Source: a virus (Duplodnaviria; Heunggongvirae; Uroviricota; Caudoviricetes). Taken from it: a stretch of 64,000 bases of DNA. The notes beneath the pieces are model-generated. The model had not been told where the DNA came from, ran no database searches, and was given only the letters and a program-made list of their open reading frames with translations. This document shows, one piece after another, positions 1-9,082 of this stretch. The stretch lies in IMG/VR virus record IMGVR_UViG_2531839524_000004. One strand, 5' to 3'. Numbering within the stretch: the first letter of the stretch is position 1; the number at the start of each line of letters is the position of its first letter. The position numbers were made by a program, and so were the translations under genes.

Positions 1-444
1 GACGCCTACATTAATGAGGTGTCTAAAGCCGTTGGTGTAACCGCAGACATGATCATCGATCTGCATGATTACGACATTCTTCGACCTTTGGTTGAGGCAA
101 TCATTCGCCATGAGAATGGGCGAGGTCCGCTAAAAACGCTGAACACCTGGTATGCGGCAGAAGTTATTGAGGAAGGTCTGCGTCGAGCTGGCGTCGTTAA
201 GCCGGTGAAAACCGTGAAGGCTGTTCCTGTAACTAAAGAAACAGCAGGCGCAACTGTCACAGCAGGTATTGGTCTGGCGCAGCTGGCCGATGTTATGCCG
301 CAGGTTTCCGCTGCTATGGATAAAGCACAAGGTCATATCTCTAGCGGGGATACAGTACGCATCATCTTCGGTATTGCCACTATTGTTGTGGCTGGATTTA
401 TCGCCTGGTCGCAGGTAAGAAGACACCAGAAAGGGATGGTCTAA
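1..444 (+). CDS. hypothetical protein, C-terminal fragment (gene begins upstream of window); C-terminal hydrophobic helix
   Basis: Frame open from position 1 with no start in window, stop at 442-444; sits directly upstream of spanin-like pair, so possibly lysis-related. Confidence 0.4.
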   Translation, partial: DAYINEVSKAVGVTADMIIDLHDYDILRPLVEAIIRHENGRGPLKTLNTWYAAEVIEEGLRRAGVVKPVKTVKAVPVTKETAGATVTAGIGLAQLADVMPQVSAAMDKAQGHISSGDTVRIIFGIATIVVAGFIAWSQVRRHQKGMV

Positions 445-445
445 T

Positions 446-697
446 ATGCTAGGCAGCCTGATGACAAAGCTCAAAGTTGCTTTGATTACGCTGGCTGCCG
501 TTCTTTTCGTTCTGGTCGGCGCTTACACGATGGGCGGAAATGCGGCGCGACGAGCAATGGAAGAGAAGGCAAAACAGGAAGACAGGAAACGACTTCAAAG
601 CACAGTGGACGTCAAAAATGAAACACTTGATGAGTTACGGCGCAAGGATGCTTCTACTGTTCATCATGAGTTGCACAATAAGTGGTTGCGTGATTAA
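446..697 (+). CDS. putative i-spanin (Rz-like)
   Basis: 83 aa; N-terminal TM helix (KVALITLAAVLFVLVGAY) then highly charged helical region; overlapping partner ORF in another frame. Confidence 0.45.
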   Translation: MLGSLMTKLKVALITLAAVLFVLVGAYTMGGNAARRAMEEKAKQEDRKRLQSTVDVKNETLDELRRKDASTVHHELHNKWLRD

Positions 698-848
698 GCC
701 TCAATCCTCTGGTGTGCTTTTCTGCGATGCGGCTACACCGCTATACATCAGCCGTGATGATCTCATGACCGAAGAGACTGAAAGGGAAGTACTTTTTCAC
801 AATATGATAGGGGAGCGATTGTGTGGATGGGGCAGAAAAGTGCCATAA
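618..848 (+). CDS. putative o-spanin (Rz1-like) lipoprotein, overlapping the i-spanin frame
   Basis: ATG at 618 inside 446..697 in a different frame; signal peptide ending in lipobox-like ISGC; extends past i-spanin stop (overlapped architecture). Confidence 0.4.
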   Translation: MKHLMSYGARMLLLFIMSCTISGCVIKPQSSGVLFCDAATPLYISRDDLMTEETEREVLFHNMIGERLCGWGRKVP

Positions 849-1022
849 TAAAAGCGGAATTTTCTAACATAAAATTTGCATATTATTAGAGCACAAGGTA
901 GATTTGAAGCATGGATGTCAAGTAAATCATACCTTGTTTTAATAAATCGACGCATACTCGTAGCCTCTAAACCGACAAGGTCGCCGCTATGACATAAAGT
1001 TATTACCGGCTAAGGTGGAAAC

Positions 1023-1421
1023 ATGCATACTGCACTTAACGCATCTCGTTCTATTCAGACGATAAGAGACTGTACCAAGATGATCGCATCGGTTCCGTTG
1101 CGACATTGGAATGACTCGCTCCAAATTCGTGAAATGAACAAACCGGGTATGCTTAAGGATCAGCGTTTCATCGTTAACCTTAAAAGTGACGTTGAAGAAG
1201 GCAAGTTTACCATCAAATTGTTTGCAGAAATGATGGTGCTCAACAATCGGTTACGTTTTCTTGTTAAGCCAGAAAAACAGTTTCCCGATGTTGTGCGTTG
1301 TGAACAGGATGCTTTCTATGAGATTGAAAGCAAAATAGCTAAATTTATCAAAGATAAATACCGCGTAGATGTTAAAATAGCGAAACTGGATTCATCTACG
1401 GATATGCGGCTTGCTAACTAA
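1023..1421 (+). CDS. hypothetical protein
   Basis: 132 aa ORF with AAGGTGG RBS a few nt upstream of ATG. Confidence 0.5.
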   Translation: MHTALNASRSIQTIRDCTKMIASVPLRHWNDSLQIREMNKPGMLKDQRFIVNLKSDVEEGKFTIKLFAEMMVLNNRLRFLVKPEKQFPDVVRCEQDAFYEIESKIAKFIKDKYRVDVKIAKLDSSTDMRLAN

Positions 1422-2198
1422 ATGTCACCATCATTCATAGCAGAGTATTCAAAAGTACTGTCTGGTTTCCCTGAATGTGAAGCAAGAGAGAAAATCAGAG
1501 TTGGCTACATGGTTAACTCTGATTTTTCTGTTTTACGGCTCACAGAGTGGTCCTTGATCGGGTCTAATTATGATTACTGTTTGACAGTGTCATTTGTAGG
1601 CGACCCTGATGCAGATTGGCTTCAAGAACATGCAATGGATCTTGACGAGCAGGGGTATTCAGAAGCAGAGATAGTTCATAGTGTTCGTGAATTAGTTGGT
1701 GATGAGCAAGAAGATGATGACGGCATTCAGATCGCCAGGTTCGTCTACAAACGATTCCAGTTTCGCTCACAAAAAGGCTCTCATCTTGGGGTCCAGATTA
1801 AAGGGGCATTTGTAACCCCTTCAAAGGAACAAAAGGGACTTGCTAGAAGAGTTTACAATTTCCTTCTCAATTGGCATGACCATGTGGTATGTGATGACCA
1901 TCAGACGGTTTACGGTGCCAGAATTTGGGCGGTCGGTATGCTTCTGGTCGGGCGTGTCCAAATCTATGACAATTTAAACAAAGAATTTATAGATGTCCTT
2001 GTTGAAGGTGGTATTGGGCAGAATGGCGTCAAACCGTGGGACGCGCTGCTATTGAGCAGCGAGGCCCAGTTACGTCACTGGAACCCTATGGCCGTCAGCA
2101 TAGACCCATCTAGTCAGATTCTCGCCATCATCTCCAAAGAAGACCGTCACATTGAAGTGGGCGTTACAACTTTTGACGCCAGGTCTACCAACCATTAA
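1422..2198 (+). CDS. hypothetical protein
   Basis: 258 aa ORF, ATG immediately after upstream stop (coupled); followed by intrinsic terminator. Confidence 0.55.
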   Translation: MSPSFIAEYSKVLSGFPECEAREKIRVGYMVNSDFSVLRLTEWSLIGSNYDYCLTVSFVGDPDADWLQEHAMDLDEQGYSEAEIVHSVRELVGDEQEDDDGIQIARFVYKRFQFRSQKGSHLGVQIKGAFVTPSKEQKGLARRVYNFLLNWHDHVVCDDHQTVYGARIWAVGMLLVGRVQIYDNLNKEFIDVLVEGGIGQNGVKPWDALLLSSEAQLRHWNPMAVSIDPSSQILAIISKEDRHIEVGVTTFDARSTNH

Positions 2199-2203
2199 TT
2201 CCT

Positions 2204-2225
2204 AAACCCGCTTCGGCGGGTTTTT
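2204..2225 (+). terminator. rho-independent terminator
   Basis: AAACCCGC-TTCG-GCGGGTTTTT hairpin plus T-run right after stop at 2198. Confidence 0.7.
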
Positions 2226-2353
2226 GATGTTTCAGTTTCTTTATCAACCTACTAATTAACCTTTACACCGCAGCCGTAGGCATTTAGGCTATATCACATA
2301 TAAGAAAACAAGTTGTTTCAGACGATAATTATATACGCAAAGGGAACTCTCCA

Positions 2354-3022
2354 ATGACCAAGATCTTTGTGGTTGGCGGCACAAAGGGCGGGCCTGGCAA
2401 ATCCACCGTTGCCCAGCAAATTGCCGTTTGCCTGAAAGTCAAAAAGAAGAAGAAGGTTTATATCACTGATATAGATATTCAGCGCACGACAACAAGCTGG
2501 TGTGAAGACCGTCGACAGAACGAAGACCTTGAGCTGATTCCTTTTGCATACGTTCAGGATGACATCATTAAGCACCTAAAATCGCTTCAGGGTAGAGCTG
2601 AGTTTGTAGTGGTAGATGCTGGTGGCTTTGACTCCGAAATTCAGCGACAAGCGATGCTGATGGCCGACGTTATCATTATCCCGCTGCGTCCTAAGCGTCG
2701 TGATTTGAAATCTTTACGTGACATCGATCCTATTATCGACAATGTTCGTAATGTAAACGATAAAGTGAAGGTCCGCGCGGTCATGAACCAGTGCCCGGCT
2801 TTGCCATCACAAGTGTCTCGCATTTTGGCGGCTAAAGAGATTGTCGAGACGTTTGGCATCGAGTCTGCGCCAGTCAATTTATATAACCGCAACGTCTATG
2901 ATGATGCGGAAGAGTCTGGTCGTTCTATCTTTGAAATGACCGGTAGCGAGCGCGACAAAAAGGCGGAAGCCGAGTTTGAAGAATTTGTAGATTATCTGTT
3001 GAGTCTGGAGGAAGAAGAATAA
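2354..3022 (+). CDS. parA: ParA-family partition ATPase
   Basis: Deviant Walker A GGTKGGPGKST near N-terminus, about 220 aa; followed by coupled small gene. Confidence 0.75.
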   Translation: MTKIFVVGGTKGGPGKSTVAQQIAVCLKVKKKKKVYITDIDIQRTTTSWCEDRRQNEDLELIPFAYVQDDIIKHLKSLQGRAEFVVVDAGGFDSEIQRQAMLMADVIIIPLRPKRRDLKSLRDIDPIIDNVRNVNDKVKVRAVMNQCPALPSQVSRILAAKEIVETFGIESAPVNLYNRNVYDDAEESGRSIFEMTGSERDKKAEAEFEEFVDYLLSLEEEE

Positions 3023-3381
3023 TGTCCATGAAAATGGGTGACCTAGCAAAGCGCAAAGAGCCTGATGCACCGGCTAAGAACACAACTCCTTTGCGCCAAC
3101 CAGTCAGACCACAGGGACGCCCGACTCGTGGCAAAGAGAAAATTAAAAGCCGCACAATGTCACTGGAGGACGAATACTTCGAACTGCTGGAGATGATGAA
3201 GTTCATCCCTCGCTTCGAGAAGTTCACTCGTTCTGACGTGATTCGAGCAGCCATTTTCCATCTGGCAGAGAAGTCACCGCAGGAAATCGAGGACATCGTG
3301 AAATTGAATGAGGCGATCACCGCTGCCGATGTCACGATGCGTACCGATGAAATCAAACGAGAGTTGATGAAGAAAGGTTAA
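3022..3381 (+). CDS. putative partition adaptor / centromere-binding protein (ParG/ParB-like small partner)
   Basis: 119 aa, start overlaps parA stop (TAATG); basic N-terminus; position typical of ParA partner; no direct domain proof. Confidence 0.45.
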   Translation: MSMKMGDLAKRKEPDAPAKNTTPLRQPVRPQGRPTRGKEKIKSRTMSLEDEYFELLEMMKFIPRFEKFTRSDVIRAAIFHLAEKSPQEIEDIVKLNEAITAADVTMRTDEIKRELMKKG

Positions 3382-3386
3382 AAATC

Positions 3387-3417
3387 ATGCATTGGCGCGT
3401 ACATTGCGCCAATGCAT
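3387..3417 (-). terminator. perfect 12-bp inverted repeat hairpin, probable terminator for the convergent minus-strand gene
   Basis: ATGCATTGGCGC-gtacatt-GCGCCAATGCAT; on the minus strand it is followed by a T-run (complement of AAAAAT at 3381-3386). Confidence 0.5.
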
Positions 3418-3433
3418 AACTACAGTGTCAGCT

Positions 3434-4201
3434 TTATGCCGCGCTAACACTATGTTCAGTCCTAACCACCCCAACCTTCACAAAAGGGCTACCGTAGCTT
3501 GGTGGCTTCTTGATTAATTTGCCTACATACAGTTTTCTAATATGCTCATCGGCTATTCTGCCAACAAATTCATAACGTTTTGTGTCGGGGCCAAGAGCTA
3601 TATCCCTTGTAAAGTACTGCTGAGAACCGGCTTTGACCCAGCATTCAATCTGATAAACTTCCATTATCAGCCCACCATATGTAGCGTAGGCATATTTGAG
3701 ATTCTCGTCTCTTGGAACCTTTGCCCATACGCCACGCGTAGCTTCATATAATGCCAGAGCGGACATTCCTGACTTGTAGGTGCTGTTTAGCAGGAAGGCA
3801 AGACCGGCGTGCTCAGGAGCAATTTCAGTTTCCTCTTGCAGCACTAAGTGATGGTAGGCGTCCAGTGATATTCTGCCCATCATGGAACCACTTCCTCGTA
3901 CCTTATTCGTAAGCTCTCCGACCCCCATAAGGTCGATGCATGTCGCCTCAACAAGTTTGGCTGTGGTTTCATCCATACCATGACGAAGTATATCTATGCC
4001 TAATTTTTTATTAGCCAAAAGTTCTTTGATCCGCATGGATTTGGGAGAGTCATCGGGATACTTGATGTGATCGAGACAACGAGTCGATTTGCCTTTTCCT
4101 ATGTAAAACGGTCTTTTCATCTTGTCTTCTGTATCATAGAGACAGTAAACATAGTATTTAGCCTTATCCAATGATCTCGCGTATACCGATAAATCGTCCA
4201 T
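3434..4201 (-). CDS. GIY-YIG-type nuclease domain protein (possible homing-endonuclease-like)
   Basis: N-terminal YVYCLYD...FYIGKGK...R motif typical of GIY-YIG; 255 aa; isolated minus-strand gene. Confidence 0.55.
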   Translation of the reverse strand: MDDLSVYARSLDKAKYYVYCLYDTEDKMKRPFYIGKGKSTRCLDHIKYPDDSPKSMRIKELLANKKLGIDILRHGMDETTAKLVEATCIDLMGVGELTNKVRGSGSMMGRISLDAYHHLVLQEETEIAPEHAGLAFLLNSTYKSGMSALALYEATRGVWAKVPRDENLKYAYATYGGLIMEVYQIECWVKAGSQQYFTRDIALGPDTKRYEFVGRIADEHIRKLYVGKLIKKPPSYGSPFVKVGVVRTEHSVSAA

Positions 4202-4319
4202 TATTGCATCTCTTTGCTACTGACTAATGCGTTCTATTTTACACATAAGTTTTTAATCAATTTAACAGGCTCAAAGTGTAGAGCTTCTGGGCGTCTAAGA
4301 CGACAAGTTAGCCTGCTTC

Positions 4320-4380
4320 TGTATATATAAATAATAAGTAACTTATTAAATATATATACGGAAGCAGGTCTTTTAAAAGA
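4320..4380. repeat. about 60-bp near-perfect AT-rich palindrome; first of two related copies in the window
   Basis: AGCCTGCTTCTGTATATATAAATAATAAGTAACTTATTAAATATATATACGGAAGCAGGTC; left arm identical to 52709..52733. Confidence 0.6.
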
Positions 4381-4484
4381 CACCACCAGAACAACTCCCT
4401 TCCGTTTCCACTTCCAAAAACTGCCACCAGTCGCTATCATCCGCTCATTGTGATAAGTAAGTAACTACCTACCAGGTGAGCCAC

Positions 4485-5225
4485 ATGAGCCAAATCTTTT
4501 TCGATACCATCGACAACGACCAGTACGACTTCATGACAGAGTGGAATACCGCTGTTATGGACAAGTGGGTCGCTGAAAACATTGGTTTGTCGCGCTGTAA
4601 AGACGAGGCTGAACTCTTCGAGACGAAGTGGTTTGATTACCGCGACATGCATCCTCTCATGGCCACCTGTCTTTTTACGGAGGCATACAAACGTCAGTAC
4701 TCAAATATCATGCTGACGCACGGTCGCGAACACTTTGAAACAGCTCCGTTCACCACCGGGTTAAAACGCCTGCCTTATCAGGAGTTGTCGACTGCCAATA
4801 AAACGTCGCTATGGAAAGCACGCCAGTTTGCGGATCGCTATTGCTGCTCATACGACTACTTTATCTCCACCGTTCTTTCCGCAGCTGCACGACGGCTGTG
4901 GGACAAGCTGCCGCGCCCACAGCATTTGTGGCAGCCAGAACTGATTGAGATATTTGAAGAGAAATTAGCCAGACGCGCAACAACCCGTCTGGATGACTCT
5001 CTGGTTAGCTTTAAGCATATGGGAGACATGCAGTTCAACCCGATTCAGGAAAGCTATTTTGAGTGGATTCTGGAGCGTTTGCGCACCATCCCTCGCAGCA
5101 AGCGCATACGCGCAATTTTCTCCGCTATCTGGCTAATGGAAATCGTTCCAGAGCGCCTTATTTCCGCCCACTTTCCAGAAGAACTGGAAGAAGCACGGCG
5201 GTTTATTGATCCCCTATCTAATTAA
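4485..5225 (+). CDS. hypothetical protein
   Basis: ORF with AGGTGA RBS 5 nt upstream of ATG 4485 (track ORF begins at in-frame GTG 4476). Confidence 0.5.
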   Translation: MSQIFFDTIDNDQYDFMTEWNTAVMDKWVAENIGLSRCKDEAELFETKWFDYRDMHPLMATCLFTEAYKRQYSNIMLTHGREHFETAPFTTGLKRLPYQELSTANKTSLWKARQFADRYCCSYDYFISTVLSAAARRLWDKLPRPQHLWQPELIEIFEEKLARRATTRLDDSLVSFKHMGDMQFNPIQESYFEWILERLRTIPRSKRIRAIFSAIWLMEIVPERLISAHFPEELEEARRFIDPLSN

Positions 5226-5268
5226 CTAATACTAGAAAACAATTTGTTTAAAAAACAAAGGAAAGCAC

Positions 5269-6609
5269 ATGACCGAACTTTGCCATACAGGACGCGGGCT
5301 GTCCGAAGAGTTTGATGAAGATTTCCAGAACAGACTGACGGCATATTTTTGTCGTGATCACGAGTTTCTTACTCGTGCGGGAGATCTGGTTGTGCCTAGC
5401 CAATTTGCCAATGCGGCCAATGCCATATTGGTTAATATGGTTTCGGGCTATTACCGTATGTACAAGAGCGCGCCCTCTTCATCTGCAATTCTGGATATGC
5501 TTAAGCGTGCGAAACGCGATAAGACTATCCGTGAGGAACTATTCGCCGATGTTGTTGCTGCGTTTAAGCGCATTCTTGCAGAAAAATTGTCCGATACCTC
5601 GTACATGGTTGACCAGGTATCAACCTTCGCAAAAAGTGTAGCGTTTGATGATGCTCTGATTAAGGCTGCTGAACTGAAAGAGAAAGGCGACTTTCACGGG
5701 GCGATGGCAATCATGGCCAAGGTTCAGCAGATTGGATCGAACGAAGCGACCGGAATCTATGACTACTACACCTCCGCAAGTGAGCGATTGAAAGCGCGTG
5801 AATATGAGGCTTCAGAGGAGTATGTACCAAACAGTATTACAACTGGACTCCCTCTTCTCGATAGGTTGCTGTACCAAAAAGGCTGGGCAAAGCGCGAAAT
5901 GGTGCTCTTCATGGGGTTCGCTAAATCCGGTAAATCGACCGCAATGGGTGAGTTTTCCATAAACGCAACACTTGCTGGCTACAATGTTCTGTATCTCTCG
6001 CTGGAGGTTCACACCACCATTTTATCCGACCGTTTTGATGCAAGATTGTCGGAGACGGAAATGTCCAAGTTGGTGGAACGGCGCGATGAAGTTCATCGCA
6101 AGTTGGCAGAGTTGGGAGCTACGAAGGGTATTGGTAGTTTGTGGGTTGTTGAGCGTCCGTCAGGAAGTATGTCACCGGCAGATCTGGACCGTATGCTTAA
6201 CAGCATGAAAGCCAACGGCATGGTGCCTGACATGGTTGTTGTCGACTACGCAGATTTGATGCGTGCCAGTTATGACCTTCGTGATGATCGCGCCAACATT
6301 CGTAGTATCTACACCGATTTACGTGCTCTTTATGACAAGCATAACGTTGCTGGGATCACGGCATCGCAGACAAACCGTGAAGGTGGCGCGTCAGAAGTTG
6401 CCACAATGATGCACGCTGCCGACAACATCGAAAAAGTACGTATTGCTGACCTGGTAATAACGATCAACAAAACCGAAGAAGAAGAAGCGAAAGGAGAGGC
6501 TCGTCTCTACTTTGCTGGTTCACGTAACCAGCAGGGAGGGATCAGCATTCGCGTTAAACAAAACCTCGAACAAATGCGCTTCATTGAGCGAATCTTAGAC
6601 GTTACCTAA
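5269..6609 (+). CDS. DnaB-like replicative DNA helicase
   Basis: 446 aa; C-terminal RecA-like domain with Walker A GFAKSGKST and DnaB-like architecture; conserved leader AAAGGAAAGCACATG. Confidence 0.8.
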   Translation: MTELCHTGRGLSEEFDEDFQNRLTAYFCRDHEFLTRAGDLVVPSQFANAANAILVNMVSGYYRMYKSAPSSSAILDMLKRAKRDKTIREELFADVVAAFKRILAEKLSDTSYMVDQVSTFAKSVAFDDALIKAAELKEKGDFHGAMAIMAKVQQIGSNEATGIYDYYTSASERLKAREYEASEEYVPNSITTGLPLLDRLLYQKGWAKREMVLFMGFAKSGKSTAMGEFSINATLAGYNVLYLSLEVHTTILSDRFDARLSETEMSKLVERRDEVHRKLAELGATKGIGSLWVVERPSGSMSPADLDRMLNSMKANGMVPDMVVVDYADLMRASYDLRDDRANIRSIYTDLRALYDKHNVAGITASQTNREGGASEVATMMHAADNIEKVRIADLVITINKTEEEEAKGEARLYFAGSRNQQGGISIRVKQNLEQMRFIERILDVT

Positions 6610-6690
6610 AAAATAAGCGTGGAGAACACCTCCACGCTTGATTCATTGGTGAAACAACTTTTCTTTTGCCAAACCACAAAAGAAAAACAC

Positions 6691-7872
6691 ATGAGCCTTT
6701 ATGTTATATCAACATTTAGGTTGGTCACAATATTGCCTGTTAAAAGTGGAATTATCGTGAGCGAGCTGAAAGAGCTAATTACCGAATTAGATTTTGAACA
6801 ATGGTTGGATACTGAAGGTATCGTTTATCGACGTGGAGGCGTGAGTACTCGCGGTCGTGAAGTGAATATCAAGGAGTGTCCGGTATGTGGCAGCTCCAAC
6901 TGGAAGGTATATTTCAATCTGACCAGTGGCGTCGGTAAATGCTTCGCTGGTGATCATCCCGAAGAGATTCAGTTCAATAAGCTGGTCTTCCTCAAGCACT
7001 ACAGCGGCAAATCACGACGACAGTTCGAGGAATATGTGCAGAACGCCCTTCTTTCCCAGGGGTGGGCACCAAAGAAAGAAGAGCTAGTGCTTGCAAGCAC
7101 AGTCGAGTTAGAGGGGCCAGTTGCACTCCCTCGTCATTACGAGCTTCCTATAGATGGTCGTCTTCCAGACTATCTGGTTGAACGAAACATATCGCCTGAA
7201 ATGGCAAAGTATTTTGACCTACGATACTGCGTCGAAGGCAAGCACGCCTATGTAGATCCGTATACAGATCAGGTTAAAGGACAGATATTCGATATGCGAA
7301 TACTGATACCGGTTTACGATCTGGATGGGGTAATGAAGACATTTCAGGGACGAGACATTACCGGTACAGCAGAACGTCGCTACCTCTTTCCTATGCAGCT
7401 TCCAGCTTCAGGTAAGTTTCTCTACAACGGCCATAATGCAGTCGGCAAACAGACGGTAGTTGTCTGTGAGGGGGCGTTCGATGTTATGGGGGTCAAACGA
7501 GCTATTTTTGACGAAGAAACATTACGTGATTACGTGGAACCAATAGGAACGTTCGGGATGCATCTATCTGGCAACACCACTCAGGATGCAGAAGATCAGC
7601 TGGGCGCGTTCCTGACGCTCAAGGCGCGTGGATTACGTAATGTGATCATGATGTGGGATAGTGAAAAGCAAGCTATACGCAACACTATGGCCGCAGCTAG
7701 GCGACTCACAAGTATTGGCCTTAATGTCAAAGTTGCGTGTTTGGGCGAGGAAGGACTCGACCCCGGCGATGCGACACCGGGGCAGATTATCAAAGCCTAC
7801 TATTGCGCAAAACCTTATTCACGACAGCTTGAACTCTTAAGCAAGGTGAAAGGCATTGCAGCACTAGTTTGA
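6691..7872 (+). CDS. DNA primase (zinc-ribbon plus TOPRIM)
   Basis: CPVCGS...C...H zinc-binding motif and TOPRIM-like VVVCEGAFDVMG; start chosen at ATG 6691 preceded by conserved AAAGAAAAACAC leader. Confidence 0.7.
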   Translation: MSLYVISTFRLVTILPVKSGIIVSELKELITELDFEQWLDTEGIVYRRGGVSTRGREVNIKECPVCGSSNWKVYFNLTSGVGKCFAGDHPEEIQFNKLVFLKHYSGKSRRQFEEYVQNALLSQGWAPKKEELVLASTVELEGPVALPRHYELPIDGRLPDYLVERNISPEMAKYFDLRYCVEGKHAYVDPYTDQVKGQIFDMRILIPVYDLDGVMKTFQGRDITGTAERRYLFPMQLPASGKFLYNGHNAVGKQTVVVCEGAFDVMGVKRAIFDEETLRDYVEPIGTFGMHLSGNTTQDAEDQLGAFLTLKARGLRNVIMMWDSEKQAIRNTMAAARRLTSIGLNVKVACLGEEGLDPGDATPGQIIKAYYCAKPYSRQLELLSKVKGIAALV

Positions 7873-8901
7873 ACCAGTATTAGTCACGTAAACATTGACC
7901 GAAAATGATTTAACTTCTGTGTTGAAGTTGTCAGTCATTACCGCGAGGTAGGCATTCTTGGTATCTCTGAATTGCTTCAGGATGATTTGAACGTTATCGG
8001 TGCAAACAAACGAGGTAGCCAGATTGCCTCCTTTCTCTGAAAAATCCTTTAGGAAAGTGCAGTCAATTTTGCCATCATTAGCGGTGAAGGTGGCATCATC
8101 ACCCTGCCAGGTAAATGTTGCGTTAACGCCTTTATCAATGGATTTAGCAATAAGTCGCTGAGTGGAGGATTTTGCTTTAGATCTTGCTGCTGATGGTTGG
8201 TATTTACCGCTTTCTTTTAGTTCTGCAATGTAATCACAGCCATTTTTATCTTCTTTATCGCAAGCTGCCTGATAAAGCTCAGCTGCTTTTTTATAATCTT
8301 TTTTAACCCCTTCACCATACTCATACATAATGCCAAGATTCGCCAATGCAGATGCACTGCCTAGTTCGATTCCTTTTTTATAATACTCTATTGCCTTTTT
8401 GTAGCTTTTTGGCACGCCTGCGCCAACATAATATAACTGTCCTAGATATGACGCAGATTCAGGGTCGCCAGCCTCTACTGCAAGTTTGTGATATTTCAGG
8501 GAAAGTTTTTGGTCTTTCTTACCCGCAAGTCCTTTATGATAAATAACACCCAGATTGTGATAAGAGTTGCCTCCAGCTGCATCACCAGCTTTCTTAAAGA
8601 GTTCCTCTGCCTTTTTGAAATTTTTATCAACCCCATACCCAAGGGCATACATTATACCTAGAGCATTAAACGCTTCTTTGTTCCCCTTAGAAGTCGCCAG
8701 TTCAAGCCATTTTCTGGCTTCATCGTAGTTTTTTTCGACACCATGAATACCTTTCATATAGTCGATACCTAAAGCACTCTGTGACTCAACGTCGCCTGCT
8801 TTTGCCGCATCGATCAGCTTTTGTATTTCATAGGCATGTGCACTCCCCGAAACAAGTAATAGCGACAACATAAAGAAAGATATTGGTTTGAAATGTTTCA
8901 T
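7864..8901 (-). CDS. secreted Sel1-like repeat (SLR/TPR-like) protein with extra C-terminal domain
   Basis: N-terminal signal peptide MKHFKPISFFMLSLLLVSGSAHA; multiple repeats with A-G-x-x-Y-x-x-G pattern typical of Sel1 repeats. Confidence 0.7.
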   Translation of the reverse strand: MKHFKPISFFMLSLLLVSGSAHAYEIQKLIDAAKAGDVESQSALGIDYMKGIHGVEKNYDEARKWLELATSKGNKEAFNALGIMYALGYGVDKNFKKAEELFKKAGDAAGGNSYHNLGVIYHKGLAGKKDQKLSLKYHKLAVEAGDPESASYLGQLYYVGAGVPKSYKKAIEYYKKGIELGSASALANLGIMYEYGEGVKKDYKKAAELYQAACDKEDKNGCDYIAELKESGKYQPSAARSKAKSSTQRLIAKSIDKGVNATFTWQGDDATFTANDGKIDCTFLKDFSEKGGNLATSFVCTDNVQIILKQFRDTKNAYLAVMTDNFNTEVKSFSVNVYVTNTGSN

Positions 8902-9082
8902 TTTTGGATTTTCACAAGATGGTTAGGTGGTTGTGGCTACTCGGTGTAAGGCTTTGTAATCACCGATTGGTAAGGTTACTTCAATTTAGCTTAACTGTCA
9001 GCATACCCAATCGCCGAAAAGATAAGTAGATGATTACTTATTAGTGTGTAAGAATACTGCCATCTGTTAGCTAGGAGTTGGT

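Noticed and set aside
5354-5641. Alternative-frame ORF (95 aa) inside the helicase gene
   Set aside because: Embedded in the well-supported helicase frame and Cys/Leu/Arg-rich; no independent evidence.
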